DNA of 43,964 nucleotides from a virus (Duplodnaviria; Heunggongvirae; Uroviricota; Caudoviricetes). The notes beneath the pieces are model-generated. The model saw nothing but the letters and a program-made list of their open reading frames with translations. It did not search any database and was not told the DNA's origin. The first letter of the stretch is position 1, and every line of letters starts with the position of its first letter. The DNA lies in the IMG/VR virus record IMGVR_UViG_3300025861_000004; one strand, written 5' to 3'. Below, one piece after another: positions 8,405 to 17,444 of this stretch. The position numbers were made by a program, and so were the translations under genes.

Positions 8405-9439
8405 ATGCTCACACCCACCCGCAAGCTCGCCTCGATCCAGGTGATCGAGGGCTTCGACCCTATCCCGAACGCCGACGCCATCCTGCGCACCCGCGTGCTC
8501 GGCTGGACCCAGGTGGTTCGCCGTGACGAGGTCGAGGCGTTCCGCGCCTCCGACAACCTCTGCGTGTTCTTCGAGATCGACGCCCAGCTTCCAGACGGTC
8601 CCGCGTGGTCGGAGTTCATGCGCAAGCACGGCTTCGTGGTGCGTACCGTGCGGCTGCGCGGAGTGCTCGCCCAGGGGCTCGCGCTGCCCGTCTCGATCCT
8701 TGGGGAGGGCCCTGTGCCCGCCGTGGGTACCGACGTGTCGGAGCAGCTTGGGGTCACGCACTACGAGAAGGAGGTGCCGGACGACCCACGCATCTCGGGT
8801 CCCTTCCCGCCGCTCGTCCCCAAGACCGGGGAGCTGCGCCTCCAGTCGTACCCCGCGGTGCTCGACGACCTCCGGGGACACGCCTTCTACGTGACGACCA
8901 AGATCGACGGCGTGTCGGGGACCTTCTTCCAGCCGTTTGACGGGTCTCCACTCGTCGCGTGCCAGCGCAACTGGTCGGCCGCTCCTGGGGACCATCCCAT
9001 CTGGCGGGTCGTGGACCGCTACGACCTCCGCGTCATGATCCCGCCCGGCCTGGCCGTGCAGGGGGAGATCGCCGGCCCTGGCGTACCGGGCAAGAAGAAC
9101 CACCTTGGGCTCAAGGAGATGGAGTTCTTCGTCTTCCGCGTCTACGACGTGCGCAGGGACCGCTTCTTCAACTACTACGAGCTCGTCGCGTTCTGTCGCG
9201 ACCGGGGCCTCCGCATGGTGCCCGTCGAGCGCGTCGTGGAGGGACGGGAGGCCGTCGAGTATCTCCACACCTTGGAGGGGTGGCTCGCCGCGGCGCGGGG
9301 CTTCTACGAGGGTACGACGCACCGCAAGGAGGGGATCGTCGTCCAGACCATCGACGTCGTTCGGTCGGAGGCTCTCGGCGGCTCTCGCCTCTCGTTCAAG
9401 GTCATCAACAACGACTTCCTCCTCAAGGAGCAGGCATGA
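8405..9439 (+). CDS. ATP-dependent RNA ligase, DRB0094/Rnl2-like family
   Basis: RKLASI N-terminal OB domain, motif I KIDG, QGEI, FRVYD, EGIVV, FKVINNDFLLK. Confidence 0.9.
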   Translation: MLTPTRKLASIQVIEGFDPIPNADAILRTRVLGWTQVVRRDEVEAFRASDNLCVFFEIDAQLPDGPAWSEFMRKHGFVVRTVRLRGVLAQGLALPVSILGEGPVPAVGTDVSEQLGVTHYEKEVPDDPRISGPFPPLVPKTGELRLQSYPAVLDDLRGHAFYVTTKIDGVSGTFFQPFDGSPLVACQRNWSAAPGDHPIWRVVDRYDLRVMIPPGLAVQGEIAGPGVPGKKNHLGLKEMEFFVFRVYDVRRDRFFNYYELVAFCRDRGLRMVPVERVVEGREAVEYLHTLEGWLAAARGFYEGTTHRKEGIVVQTIDVVRSEALGGSRLSFKVINNDFLLKEQA

Positions 9440-9987
9440 ACCTCCCCAAGCGAATCGTGCTGTCCGCCGAGATCGGCGCGCAGATCCAGAAGATGCCTGC
9501 TAACGCGCTGCCGTACCGCGAGCAGGTGTGGTCGATATGCAACACGGCCTCTCGTCTGGGGATCGAGGTCGCCCTACACGGTGTCTGGTCTGTGTCCCTC
9601 GCCGAGGGACCCCACTTTCCCCCTGCGAAACTCCACTTCAACGCCGGCCCAGAGCGGGAGGATGACGTGTGGATCGGGCGTGACGGAGATGTCTCGCTCG
9701 CGGACCTCGAGACGGTCCTCCTGCGCAAGGTCGTCATCAAGCTCGACGCGGCGCTTGTCGACGCCACTGCTGAGGGTCGGCAGATCTTCCGCAAGAACTA
9801 CCAGGGTGCCTACGACTTCTCAGCCTTCCTCCAGGATGCTCGCGACCTGCTGGTCGGAAAGGGTATCCCAGAGAACTTCCACGGGGTCGTCGCCGTGGAG
9901 GCCCGCTACATAGACCTTGATGGGGAGTCCATATCGGCCCCACAAGTCCCCACGCTGCTCCCGCCGTCCAGCAAGAGGCCCGGCTAG
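9436..9987 (+). CDS. Hypothetical protein
   Basis: ATGA coupling to the RNA ligase gene. Confidence 0.7.
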   Translation: MNLPKRIVLSAEIGAQIQKMPANALPYREQVWSICNTASRLGIEVALHGVWSVSLAEGPHFPPAKLHFNAGPEREDDVWIGRDGDVSLADLETVLLRKVVIKLDAALVDATAEGRQIFRKNYQGAYDFSAFLQDARDLLVGKGIPENFHGVVAVEARYIDLDGESISAPQVPTLLPPSSKRPG

Positions 9988-11072
9988 CCGATCCCCATCT
10001 GGCGCAGGGCCTTGCGGTGGCGCGCGGCACCCAACTCGTCTCCCGTCGAGGCCAGCAGGTCGGGGGACCACAGGGGGACACCGATCTTAGCTGCGATGCT
10101 CGTCAGTACCGCCGCAGCGTGCGCGGCGCTTTCCACTGTGGGGGAGTGGATGACGAGGCCCCCCTGTAGAGAAAGGGTCTCGTCAGGGTTGAGCGCGGGC
10201 TCCTCGGGGACACGCATCGTGACCGACCACACCTCGATGTGCAGACCCGCCTCGCGAAACTCCTCCGTGACCTGCATGGCGACACCAGCGGACACCGCAC
10301 CCCCATACACTTTGTACATGGTGTAGTTGGCGGGCTCTAGGCACTGGAGGTAGCGAAAAACTGCGGGAGGATCTTCGTCTGACGTCCAGGGCATACCGGT
10401 GAAGAACTTGTTGTTGTAAACCTCGTCGCACAGGACTACGTCGCCGAACTGGCAGGGGCCGTCGTAGCGAACCACCGACAGGACGCGAGCCCGCACGGGG
10501 TCCATCCACTGCACCCACACTTTCTCGCGGGTGTACCGGTTTCCTGACAGGGGGACGTCCATGAGTGCCACCCCCTTGTCCCTTCGCTGGCTAAGCAAGC
10601 CCGTCTCCGTCCACAGCCGTTTAGCTTCCGTCACGTTGTTGAGGGCCACGTAGGCAAGGGCCAAGTTGTGCTTGGCCAGGCGCAAGCACTCCGCGGATAG
10701 CGTCTTGAGGTCGATGGCCTTCTTCAGGAGGTCGACTACCTCCTGCCACTTGGCCTCGGGTTTTCGCAGCAGGACCGCCAGGTTGTAGTAGGGCACCGCC
10801 CAGGTAGGGTCGGCGGTCATGGCGGCACGAAAGCGATCTTCCTTGCCCGGGGAGTCGTCCAGGATTCCGGCCAGGTTGAGCAGGCGAGCTTGCGCGAGGT
10901 CGCTGTAGGAGCGGCTCGCGATCATCCGGCGCAGGAGCGAGAGCCCCTGTTGCTCGGTCGCGCACTTCTGCATGGTTTCGAGCGCCTGGGTAAGCACCTG
11001 CGTGGGATGCTGCGTGGGATGCTGTGGAGTTGCGGGAGCTTCGCGTCCCACCAGGCGTAGTAGAGAGGTCAT
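9984..11072 (-). CDS. TPR-repeat-containing hypothetical protein
   Basis: DPTWAVPYYNLAVLL and AKHNLALAY TPR-like helices; somewhat lower GC than neighbours. Confidence 0.7.
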   Translation of the reverse strand: MTSLLRLVGREAPATPQHPTQHPTQVLTQALETMQKCATEQQGLSLLRRMIASRSYSDLAQARLLNLAGILDDSPGKEDRFRAAMTADPTWAVPYYNLAVLLRKPEAKWQEVVDLLKKAIDLKTLSAECLRLAKHNLALAYVALNNVTEAKRLWTETGLLSQRRDKGVALMDVPLSGNRYTREKVWVQWMDPVRARVLSVVRYDGPCQFGDVVLCDEVYNNKFFTGMPWTSDEDPPAVFRYLQCLEPANYTMYKVYGGAVSAGVAMQVTEEFREAGLHIEVWSVTMRVPEEPALNPDETLSLQGGLVIHSPTVESAAHAAAVLTSIAAKIGVPLWSPDLLASTGDELGAARHRKALRQMGIG

Positions 11073-11097
11073 GTGAGCCTGTCGATAAAACTAGGGA

Positions 11098-14000
11098 TTA
11101 TGGAGCTGACGGGTTCGCAGCTAGCGCCTGCGCCACGGCCTCCTGCGCGAGCTCGACGAAGAAGTTGGCCCCTGTGGAGTCGAAATCCGCGAGCCCTCCC
11201 GTCTCGTCCCCATCGACCATCTCGGCCGCCCGCATCTTGCGGGCGATGAGGCGCATCGCGACCTCCTGCATGGTGGCGCGATAGGCGAGGAAGACCACTC
11301 GGATCGGAGCCACCTGACCAAGCCGCCAGGAGCGGCGCACGGACTGTCGAAGGATGGGGACCGAGTACTCGGTCCCGTACTGGATGATCGTCTTGGCGAA
11401 GAGCAGGTCGAGGCCCGTCTCGACGAGACGGCCGTTGGTGAGCAGGACGTCGAACCCGCGCTTGCACGCCTTCTCCAGCCACTCCTCACGCTTCTCGGGG
11501 GACACGCTCGCGTCGAGCACTTCGACGCGGAATCCCTCAGCCTCTAGGGCCTCGCGGACACGCCCTCGCGCGTCCCTCTTGTGGGTCTGAGCGAAGAACA
11601 CGAGGACCTGTCGTCCCGCCTGCTTCTCCTCCCGTACGATGCGCACGACCTCCGCGTCCTTGGGTTGCGGGGTGCGCGGGAAGGCGGGGGCGCTCGCCAG
11701 GAACTCCCGGCGGCCCGACTCCTCGTCGGTCCCCCAGATCTCCTCGGCCTGCTCGGGGCAGTCGGGGTAGCCAAGGCACGTCTGGAGGTACTGGCCGAGC
11801 ACCTTGGGGTACTTGCGCATGACCTTCCGGACCTCCTTGGTGAGCTCAGCGATCGCCCGGAGGATCGCTGGGTCGTGGTCGACGATCCTCACCTCCTCGT
11901 CATACGGGGGGAGGTCCTGACGAAGGTCCTTGAGCTTGACGAATATCGTGTAGGGCAACAGCAGGGGGACCATCGCGGGGTTCATCCCCGGGATCTCCCT
12001 GGTCCGTCCGCCCGATCGCTTCCCTCCTCGACGGGTCCCGTAGCGGGAGGTCGAAGACTTGAGGTCATAGCGTGTCTCGAAGAGCCCGAAGTGCTGCGAG
12101 AAGCGCGCGCAGTCCTTGAACCCGTAGCGCTTACGGAACGAGGGCTCCACCTTGTAGAGCAGGTAGAACAGGGAGCTCGCGCGCCCGCCGTACAGGGTGC
12201 CGGTCATCGCGAGGATCTTGTGCGCGCCGGCCGCGAGGTCCTGTACGGCCCGCGACTGGTCGGACTCGGCACCAGCGAACTTGTGGCAGTTGGACACGAG
12301 GATCCCCTCGACGAAGTAGCAGTGCGTGTCCTCGACCTCCAGGTCGTAGACCCACTCCTCGTCGAGATTGACGGGTTCTACCGAGGTGACGCGGACGCCT
12401 CGGCATCCCGGATACGCATCAGGACGAGGTCGATGTTCGTCGTGACCTCCGAGTTCCAGAACCGCAGCACGGTCCACCCGAGCGCTTGGAGCATGCGACT
12501 CTTCCGTCGGTCCCGGTTGCGCTGCTTGCTCGTGTGGTGGGAGGCTCCGTCGCATTCCACCGCGATCTTCAGGGTCGGATGAATGAGGTCCACTCGCGCC
12601 ATTCGCCAGGATGGATCCATCGTCGGGATGCAGCCCTCCATCTCCCAGCCCAGACGGGCGTGCAGTAGCTTCTGCTCTGGTGTGAGGTATCCGTTCCCGC
12701 CCCTGCGACCGGAGAACGGAAGACCCTTTCGGGCTTCGCTCGTCTTCGCTCGGACCTCGGGACTTCTGTTGAGCTTCGTCATCCACTCCGACGACCGCTT
12801 CCTCGCCTCGGGCAGGCGCTGCGTTGTCCGCATGCGTTCCCGTGTCTGGGTGCGACGAGCGGGATTGCGCGCCCAGGCCGCAAGCTGGGTACACGACCGA
12901 CTGCAATAGCGCCGACCCCTCTTGCGTGCGGGAACCTGTTCCGTCTTCTGACACCACCCGCACGTCACAGGGAACCGACGCGTCGGACGCTTGGGTGTAG
13001 GTCTCGTCCGGCGACGAAGCTGCGCGCCGCAGATCGGGCTGCACGTCTTCTGCTCGCGCCTCGCCCGTCGCACGAACGGGAACTCGGACTTGCAAATAGG
13101 GCAAGCCTTGGTCGGCATCGTTGATCTCTATCAATACGTTTGTATTAGTGAGACACCGTGCCTTCCTGTAGTCAAGCTGGTCCTCCGTCCAGATCTTGTG
13201 GTCGTCGGTACAGACGATGGATCCCGTCTCATGTGAGACGCGCACCATGGGTTTGACCCTCGGCTTGCAAAGGGCACGCACGACTCGACGCAGCACGACC
13301 TGTCCGTCTCGTGTTCTCGACCACACGAGGTCACCGACCCGTATGTCCTTGATCGGGATGCGTCCTCTCGACGTACTTACTAGGCTGGCCCCAGGGAAAC
13401 ACTCGTCCACGACGAGCACGTACCGGCGCGCGTATCGCTGACTGATGTACTCGGCCAGCGGCCAGCGGGTCGATCCCTTGTCGTTCAGGGTCGTCACGGT
13501 CCAGAGGGGGGACCGGCAGCCGGCGCAGTACTGGTGGTTGTCGCGGTCGAACGCTGCGGCCGTGTAGCCCGTCGTTCGTCCGCACTGCGGGCAGGAAACG
13601 AGGCTCACGATCTGGCGCACCTGCTTGGTGATCGTCCTGCGCGCGTAGAAGGGAAGCGCGTCCATCGCCTCGTGGTCCGGGACCTCACGCATCCACGTCC
13701 TGGTGCGCAGCACGAAGGCAGGCTCCCATCGTGTTCCGAGCTTGGCGATCTCCTTGGAGATCACGAGGTAGCGAGCCGGCTTCGCCTCGGTTGACCGAAA
13801 GAATGCGTCCACGTCGGAGAGCTTCTTGCCCGCCACCGCAACGCCACGCTGGCCGGTGACCGCCTCGAACTCTCGGATCCACTTGCGTACCAGGTGCGCG
13901 GGACAGACCACGACGGTGCGGCGTGCCCCGTACAGCTCGACGGCGACGGCCGCCATCGAGGTGTTGTGGGTCACGATGTAGTCGTCGGTGACGTACAGGG

Positions 14001-16314
14001 AGTTACGGCTCGATACCCTGATGCACTGACACTCCTCGTCCCTCACGTAATCGACGTTCTCGATCGAGCGGGAGGGCCCGTACTTTGTTCCAGGTGAGTA
14101 GGTAGCCAGTTTTCGCGCGAGGCGGAAGGGCTGGATGTCCGGGGGAAGCGTGATGTAGAGACGGTACGCCGTCTGACCCTGCCGTCTCTCCCCGTTGTAG
14201 ACGTAGGTCGTCTCCTTGGGAGCCATGGTCACGACTCCCCCGAGGGATTGGGCGAGCTCGCGGACGTGACGGGCGAGCTGGATCGAGACGGACGTGTACT
14301 CGACGCCTGTCCCTCTCTCGTTCGCGATACCTCCGTCGGTGTCGAGTAGTCCCTGGAGGAGCGCGACACGTACCTCGACGCTGTTGTACAGGTACAGGGG
14401 AGGCACGAACTTGTGCTCGCTGCGCTTCCCGAACAGATCCAACCGACGCAGCGCCCGCGTGACGGGGTTGCGTTGCCCCCTCTCCACGACGAGAGAGTAG
14501 TCGTAGGGTGAGTTTTTTACGGGCGCGATCGATACGTTCGGAGGCAGTAAGGGTTCGATGAGTCGCAGGATCTGCTGGTCTCCCGTAGAGAGGCGAACAC
14601 TGCTCGTAAGCCCTCCGTCTCCAAGGAGTACGCCGAGCAGGTATGGGTCGAGGAGGACTGGAACCTCCTCGAACTCTACGGGAGCCACCAACGGGATGAA
14701 GTGTTGTCGGTTGCCGTTCGCGTGGTGCAGGCGTTCGCGGATCTCCCTGAGCGGTAGCACGCGAGGGGCTTGGTCGCGCCACTTGCGCAGGGGCGTGTTG
14801 ACGAGCCACAGGTGGTCGTCGCAGCACTCCGTCGAGGAACCGTCGCAGAACGTGACTCGGTAGACGGGCTTGACGCCCTGCGGGAATACGCCCTCGATCG
14901 TCGCCGTTCCCCCGTCGGGATCGATGACCGAATCTCCGACGCGCAAGGCCCCCATGGTTCGCCATCCCGTCGGAGTGAGCACCTTGGCGGTGAGCGGTTG
15001 GGCCTTCCCCGTCCCCATCTCTCCCGACAGGATGGCGGTCTTGTGGGGCTTGCGGGTCGGGCTCCCGCGCCACTGGAAGCAGACGGCGGCGGCGGCCTCC
15101 TTCTGGACCTGGAGGATCTCGGGCTGCGCGTGGCCGGGCAGAAGGCCGGGGGCGTGAAGCTGGACGAGGCGGTTCGCATAGGGTGCGAGGTTCCCGTCGA
15201 ACTCCGGCGTGTGGAGCTTGCGGGTGGCCTGCGCGAGGTCGGCGCCGTACTCCTGGAACCACGCGGCCGTCTTCTCCGGAGCGTCGCTCACGCGCCAGGC
15301 ATCGAAGTCACCCGTGCGGAGGTCGAGCACGGCCAGTCGGGAGGCGACGCGCTCGCGGTCGACGACCGTATCGTCTCCTCCTCCCGCCTTGTCCTCCTCG
15401 ACGATCGTGTCGGTGACCTTCTCGCTCGACCCCTTGATGAGGTAGCACCCGCGAATCTCGGCCCCGTTGAGCGCCCCAGCGGCGAGGAGCATCGCCTGGT
15501 GGCCCGGCCTGGGGGGCATGAGGGGCCGCTCGATCTTGTTGCCCGCGTGTCCGACGAGTGCGTCCCACGTGGGGGTCGCGTAGGCCCCGGTGGGGGCGGG
15601 GCCCCACGCGGGAGCCAGGTCGAACGGGTTTATCCCGTGGAGTGCGAAGAAGTCTAGGGAGGTGGCGCTGACGTCGATAACCTCCCCGTGCTTCGTGTAG
15701 GGTTCGTCCCCGATGACGGGGATGTGCTCCGTGTTGATCGGGTTGGCGTAGCTGTAGCCGGAGGAGCGACGTGCCAGCACGACGACCTGGTCGAACTTCT
15801 CCCTCTCGGGGAGGGGGTAGTCGAACACGCGCGCGCCGTAGTAGCGCCCCTGCATGAACTCCTTGAACTTCGTGTTTCGCAGGATGGCGCGGGGCACGAT
15901 GAGCACGAGGAGGCCGTTCGGCGCGAGGTGAACGGTCGCCGCCTGGAGGAACAGCACCTCCAGGCGCACCGAGTTTCCCTCTCCGTCCTGGCCCGCGTCG
16001 TACGGAGGGTTGCAGAACAGCACGTGGAAGCTCCCCTCGCTCGCGTGTAGCTGCGTGTAGCTGCCTCGCAGGCACTGTCGCATGCGGGGACGCGCGACTT
16101 CCGCACGCTCGGCGTCGAGCTCTACTCCGTACGCCTCGAATCCCCAGGCGGCGGCGAGCGCCGAGACCGCACGTCCTTCCCCCGCGCACACGTCGAGGAT
16201 ACGGCCCACCTGGCCCGCGGGTGCGCGCACGGTGATGGTACGCACGATCCGCGCGGTCACGTCGTCGGACGTGGGGTAGTAGAGCGCCTTGGCGATAGCG
16301 GCTAAGCGAGCCAT
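11098..16314 (-). CDS. Adenine methyltransferase (DUF6094-like)-SF2/SNF2-like helicase fusion precursor with two inteins (about 1020 aa after splicing)
   Basis: LDVCAGEG, NPPY; Walker A GEMGTGK|T and Walker B VVDE|CH, each split by an intein; helicase-C TGLDL and RRSWRLGQ. Confidence 0.88.
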   Translation of the reverse strand: MARLAAIAKALYYPTSDDVTARIVRTITVRAPAGQVGRILDVCAGEGRAVSALAAAWGFEAYGVELDAERAEVARPRMRQCLRGSYTQLHASEGSFHVLFCNPPYDAGQDGEGNSVRLEVLFLQAATVHLAPNGLLVLIVPRAILRNTKFKEFMQGRYYGARVFDYPLPEREKFDQVVVLARRSSGYSYANPINTEHIPVIGDEPYTKHGEVIDVSATSLDFFALHGINPFDLAPAWGPAPTGAYATPTWDALVGHAGNKIERPLMPPRPGHQAMLLAAGALNGAEIRGCYLIKGSSEKVTDTIVEEDKAGGGDDTVVDRERVASRLAVLDLRTGDFDAWRVSDAPEKTAAWFQEYGADLAQATRKLHTPEFDGNLAPYANRLVQLHAPGLLPGHAQPEILQVQKEAAAAVCFQWRGSPTRKPHKTAILSGEMGTGKAQPLTAKVLTPTGWRTMGALRVGDSVIDPDGGTATIEGVFPQGVKPVYRVTFCDGSSTECCDDHLWLVNTPLRKWRDQAPRVLPLREIRERLHHANGNRQHFIPLVAPVEFEEVPVLLDPYLLGVLLGDGGLTSSVRLSTGDQQILRLIEPLLPPNVSIAPVKNSPYDYSLVVERGQRNPVTRALRRLDLFGKRSEHKFVPPLYLYNSVEVRVALLQGLLDTDGGIANERGTGVEYTSVSIQLARHVRELAQSLGGVVTMAPKETTYVYNGERRQGQTAYRLYITLPPDIQPFRLARKLATYSPGTKYGPSRSIENVDYVRDEECQCIRVSSRNSLYVTDDYIVTHNTSMAAVAVELYGARRTVVVCPAHLVRKWIREFEAVTGQRGVAVAGKKLSDVDAFFRSTEAKPARYLVISKEIAKLGTRWEPAFVLRTRTWMREVPDHEAMDALPFYARRTITKQVRQIVSLVSCPQCGRTTGYTAAAFDRDNHQYCAGCRSPLWTVTTLNDKGSTRWPLAEYISQRYARRYVLVVDECFPGASLVSTSRGRIPIKDIRVGDLVWSRTRDGQVVLRRVVRALCKPRVKPMVRVSHETGSIVCTDDHKIWTEDQLDYRKARCLTNTNVLIEINDADQGLPYLQVRVPVRATGEARAEDVQPDLRRAASSPDETYTQASDASVPCDVRVVSEDGTGSRTQEGSALLQSVVYPACGLGAQSRSSHPDTGTHADNAAPARGEEAVVGVDDEAQQKSRGPSEDERSPKGSSVLRSQGRERIPHTRAEATARPSGLGDGGLHPDDGSILANGASGPHSSDPEDRGGMRRSLPPHEQAAQPGPTEESHAPSARVDRAAVLELGGHDEHRPRPDAYPGCRGVRVTSVEPVNLDEEWVYDLEVEDTHCYFVEGILVSNCHKFAGAESDQSRAVQDLAAGAHKILAMTGTLYGGRASSLFYLLYKVEPSFRKRYGFKDCARFSQHFGLFETRYDLKSSTSRYGTRRGGKRSGGRTREIPGMNPAMVPLLLPYTIFVKLKDLRQDLPPYDEEVRIVDHDPAILRAIAELTKEVRKVMRKYPKVLGQYLQTCLGYPDCPEQAEEIWGTDEESGRREFLASAPAFPRTPQPKDAEVVRIVREEKQAGRQVLVFFAQTHKRDARGRVREALEAEGFRVEVLDASVSPEKREEWLEKACKRGFDVLLTNGRLVETGLDLLFAKTIIQYGTEYSVPILRQSVRRSWRLGQVAPIRVVFLAYRATMQEVAMRLIARKMRAAEMVDGDETGGLADFDSTGANFFVELAQEAVAQALAANPSAP
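11103..11109 (-). promoter_or_regulatory. TCAGCTC promoter-like motif
   Basis: ATG 11072 at +31; -10 slot TCGAC. Confidence 0.75.
12289..13401 (-). mobile_element. Intein 2 (371 aa) in helicase Walker B, containing an out-of-frame endonuclease gene
   Basis: Starts CFPGASLV, has block B CTDDHKIW, ends VYDLEVEDTHCYFVEGILVSN, +1 residue Cys. Confidence 0.88.
12378..13118 (-). CDS. Zn-finger plus DUF559/Vsr-like endonuclease, nested in an alternative frame of intein 2
   Basis: CPIC, CSPIC, CGWC, CSRSC motifs; VDLIHPTLKIAVECDGASHH...LQALGWTVLRFWNSEV; own ATG with in-frame TGA TAG stops just upstream. Confidence 0.85.
   Translation of the reverse strand: MPTKACPICKSEFPFVRRARREQKTCSPICGAQLRRRTRPTPKRPTRRFPVTCGWCQKTEQVPARKRGRRYCSRSCTQLAAWARNPARRTQTRERMRTTQRLPEARKRSSEWMTKLNRSPEVRAKTSEARKGLPFSGRRGGNGYLTPEQKLLHARLGWEMEGCIPTMDPSWRMARVDLIHPTLKIAVECDGASHHTSKQRNRDRRKSRMLQALGWTVLRFWNSEVTTNIDLVLMRIRDAEASASPR
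13963..15003 (-). mobile_element. Intein 1 (347 aa), Ala-start class-3-type, with LAGLIDADG endonuclease, in Walker A
   Basis: AQPLTAKVLTP...DDHLW...ECQCIRV...IVTHN|T; LLGVLLGDG and LQGLLDTDG. Confidence 0.92.
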
Positions 16315-16321
16315 GTTGTCC

Positions 16322-16870
16322 TCACGACAGCGACCCGTCCTGGATCGCCTTCTTCACGATGGGTCCCCAAACGTCGGAGGACGCGTTGATGCGGTAGACG
16401 GGCAGCCCGTACCCTCCAAGTGCCTCGATGGTGTGGCCCTCACGACCGATCCTCCACAGCGTCTCTTGCCACTCGGGGCGGAACGGTATCGGGCACATGC
16501 GATTCAAGCGGTTGAAGAACAGCGTCTTCGCCTCCGACTCCTCTCCCGCGACCATGAACCAGGACGAGAACGGCGACCACTGGTGGGTCATGGCGGGGTG
16601 GACCATCACGAGGTGAAGCAGGTCGACCCCCGTCGTAGTGGCTATCCGCATCATCCCCGGCTGCACCATTACGGTGTGTCCACCGATGTCGAGGAGGCCG
16701 TCAACCTTCCGGTTGCCGTCGTGCACCTTGGCCCAGACGGCCCGCACGCTCACGGAGTCCCCAAACAATGACAGCATCGCCACCACAGGGTGGTAGCCAC
16801 TGCCGGGCATCACGCGGTACGAGTCCGCCCAGCAGGTGATCCCCCCGCTGTAGGGCTTTACGACTAGCAT
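16322..16870 (-). CDS. Hypothetical protein, co-oriented partner of the MTase-helicase
   Basis: ORF ends 7 nt upstream of the helicase start; start sits at motif +31. Confidence 0.75.
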   Translation of the reverse strand: MLVVKPYSGGITCWADSYRVMPGSGYHPVVAMLSLFGDSVSVRAVWAKVHDGNRKVDGLLDIGGHTVMVQPGMMRIATTTGVDLLHLVMVHPAMTHQWSPFSSWFMVAGEESEAKTLFFNRLNRMCPIPFRPEWQETLWRIGREGHTIEALGGYGLPVYRINASSDVWGPIVKKAIQDGSLS

Positions 16871-16900
16871 GCCTCCCTGTCGCGATGAGGTCGCGGTTCA

Positions 16901-16907
16901 GAGCTGA
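16901..16907 (-). promoter_or_regulatory. TCAGCTC promoter-like motif
   Basis: ATG 16870 at +31; -10 slot GCGAC. Confidence 0.75.
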
Positions 16908-16938
16908 CGCACTACTCGGCTTCGGATTGTGTGTTTTT

Positions 16939-16945
16939 TCAGCTC
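16939..16945 (+). promoter_or_regulatory. TCAGCTC motif upstream of the tRNA array
   Basis: -10 slot TTGAC (16963-16967); flanked by two T6 tracts. Confidence 0.65.
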
Positions 16946-17014
16946 TTTTTTCAGAAAACTATTTGACAGTATGCCGAACAAGTGGTTACTTCATTCACAC
17001 GTAGCGAGAACGCC

Positions 17015-17119
17015 ATGAACTCCTTCATCCACATCGAACAGCCAGAACCTACGACGGTCCCCGCGACCGATCGCGTGGACTCGCTCGATCAGGACCCCGA
17101 GGTGATGGCCTCCCGGTAG
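17015..17119 (+). CDS. Possible 34-aa leader peptide
   Basis: MNSFIHIEQPEPTTVPATDRVDSLDQDPEVMASR; lies between the promoter and a strong hairpin. Confidence 0.35.
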   Translation: MNSFIHIEQPEPTTVPATDRVDSLDQDPEVMASR

Positions 17120-17146
17120 ACGGTACGCTACATACGCACCGCCACC

Positions 17147-17190
17147 GAGAGGCCGGGACTTCGAGAGGAGTCCCGGCCTTTCTCGTTTAT
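17147..17190 (+). terminator. Terminator/attenuator-like hairpin
   Basis: AGGCCGGGACT/AGTCCCGGCCT 11-bp perfect stem (14 with extension), followed by TCGTTTAT. Confidence 0.55.
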
Positions 17191-17192
17191 GC

Positions 17193-17268
17193 GGTCCCAT
17201 CGGCCAATGGTCAAGCCGCCGGCCTCTCAAGTCGGAAATGGCGGGTTCAAGTCCCCCTGGGATCACCA
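17193..17268 (+). tRNA. tRNA-Glu(CUC)
   Basis: Full cloverleaf, loop CT-CTC-AA, TTCAAGT T-loop, encoded CCA. Confidence 0.88.
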
Positions 17269-17269
17269 C

Positions 17270-17340
17270 ACCCTGTTCGTCCAGCGGCAGGACGCCGGCT
17301 TTTCGCTCCGGAAAGGAGGGTTCAACTCCCTCACAGGGTA
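17270..17340 (+). tRNA. tRNA-Glu(UUC)
   Basis: ACCCTGT/ACAGGGT acceptor, loop TT-TTC-GC, one mismatch in the anticodon stem, no encoded CCA. Confidence 0.72.
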
Positions 17341-17349
17341 CATAATTAT

Positions 17350-17424
17350 GCCTCGTGATGCGACGGGTGTCGCAGTCCGACTGTCTATCGGATGAGAGGG
17401 GTTCAAGTCCCCTACGAGGCGCCA
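17350..17424 (+). tRNA. tRNA-Asp(GUC)
   Basis: GCCTCGT/ACGAGGC acceptor, TCCGA/TCGGA stem, CT-GTC-TA loop, CCA. Confidence 0.92.
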
Positions 17425-17444
17425 GTCATGGTATACATGAACCC

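Noticed and set aside
16963-16968. TTGACA as a sigma70 -35 for the tRNA array
   Set aside because: The -10 match is poor, and TTGAC falls exactly in the -10 slot of the TCAGCTC motif; cannot be fully excluded
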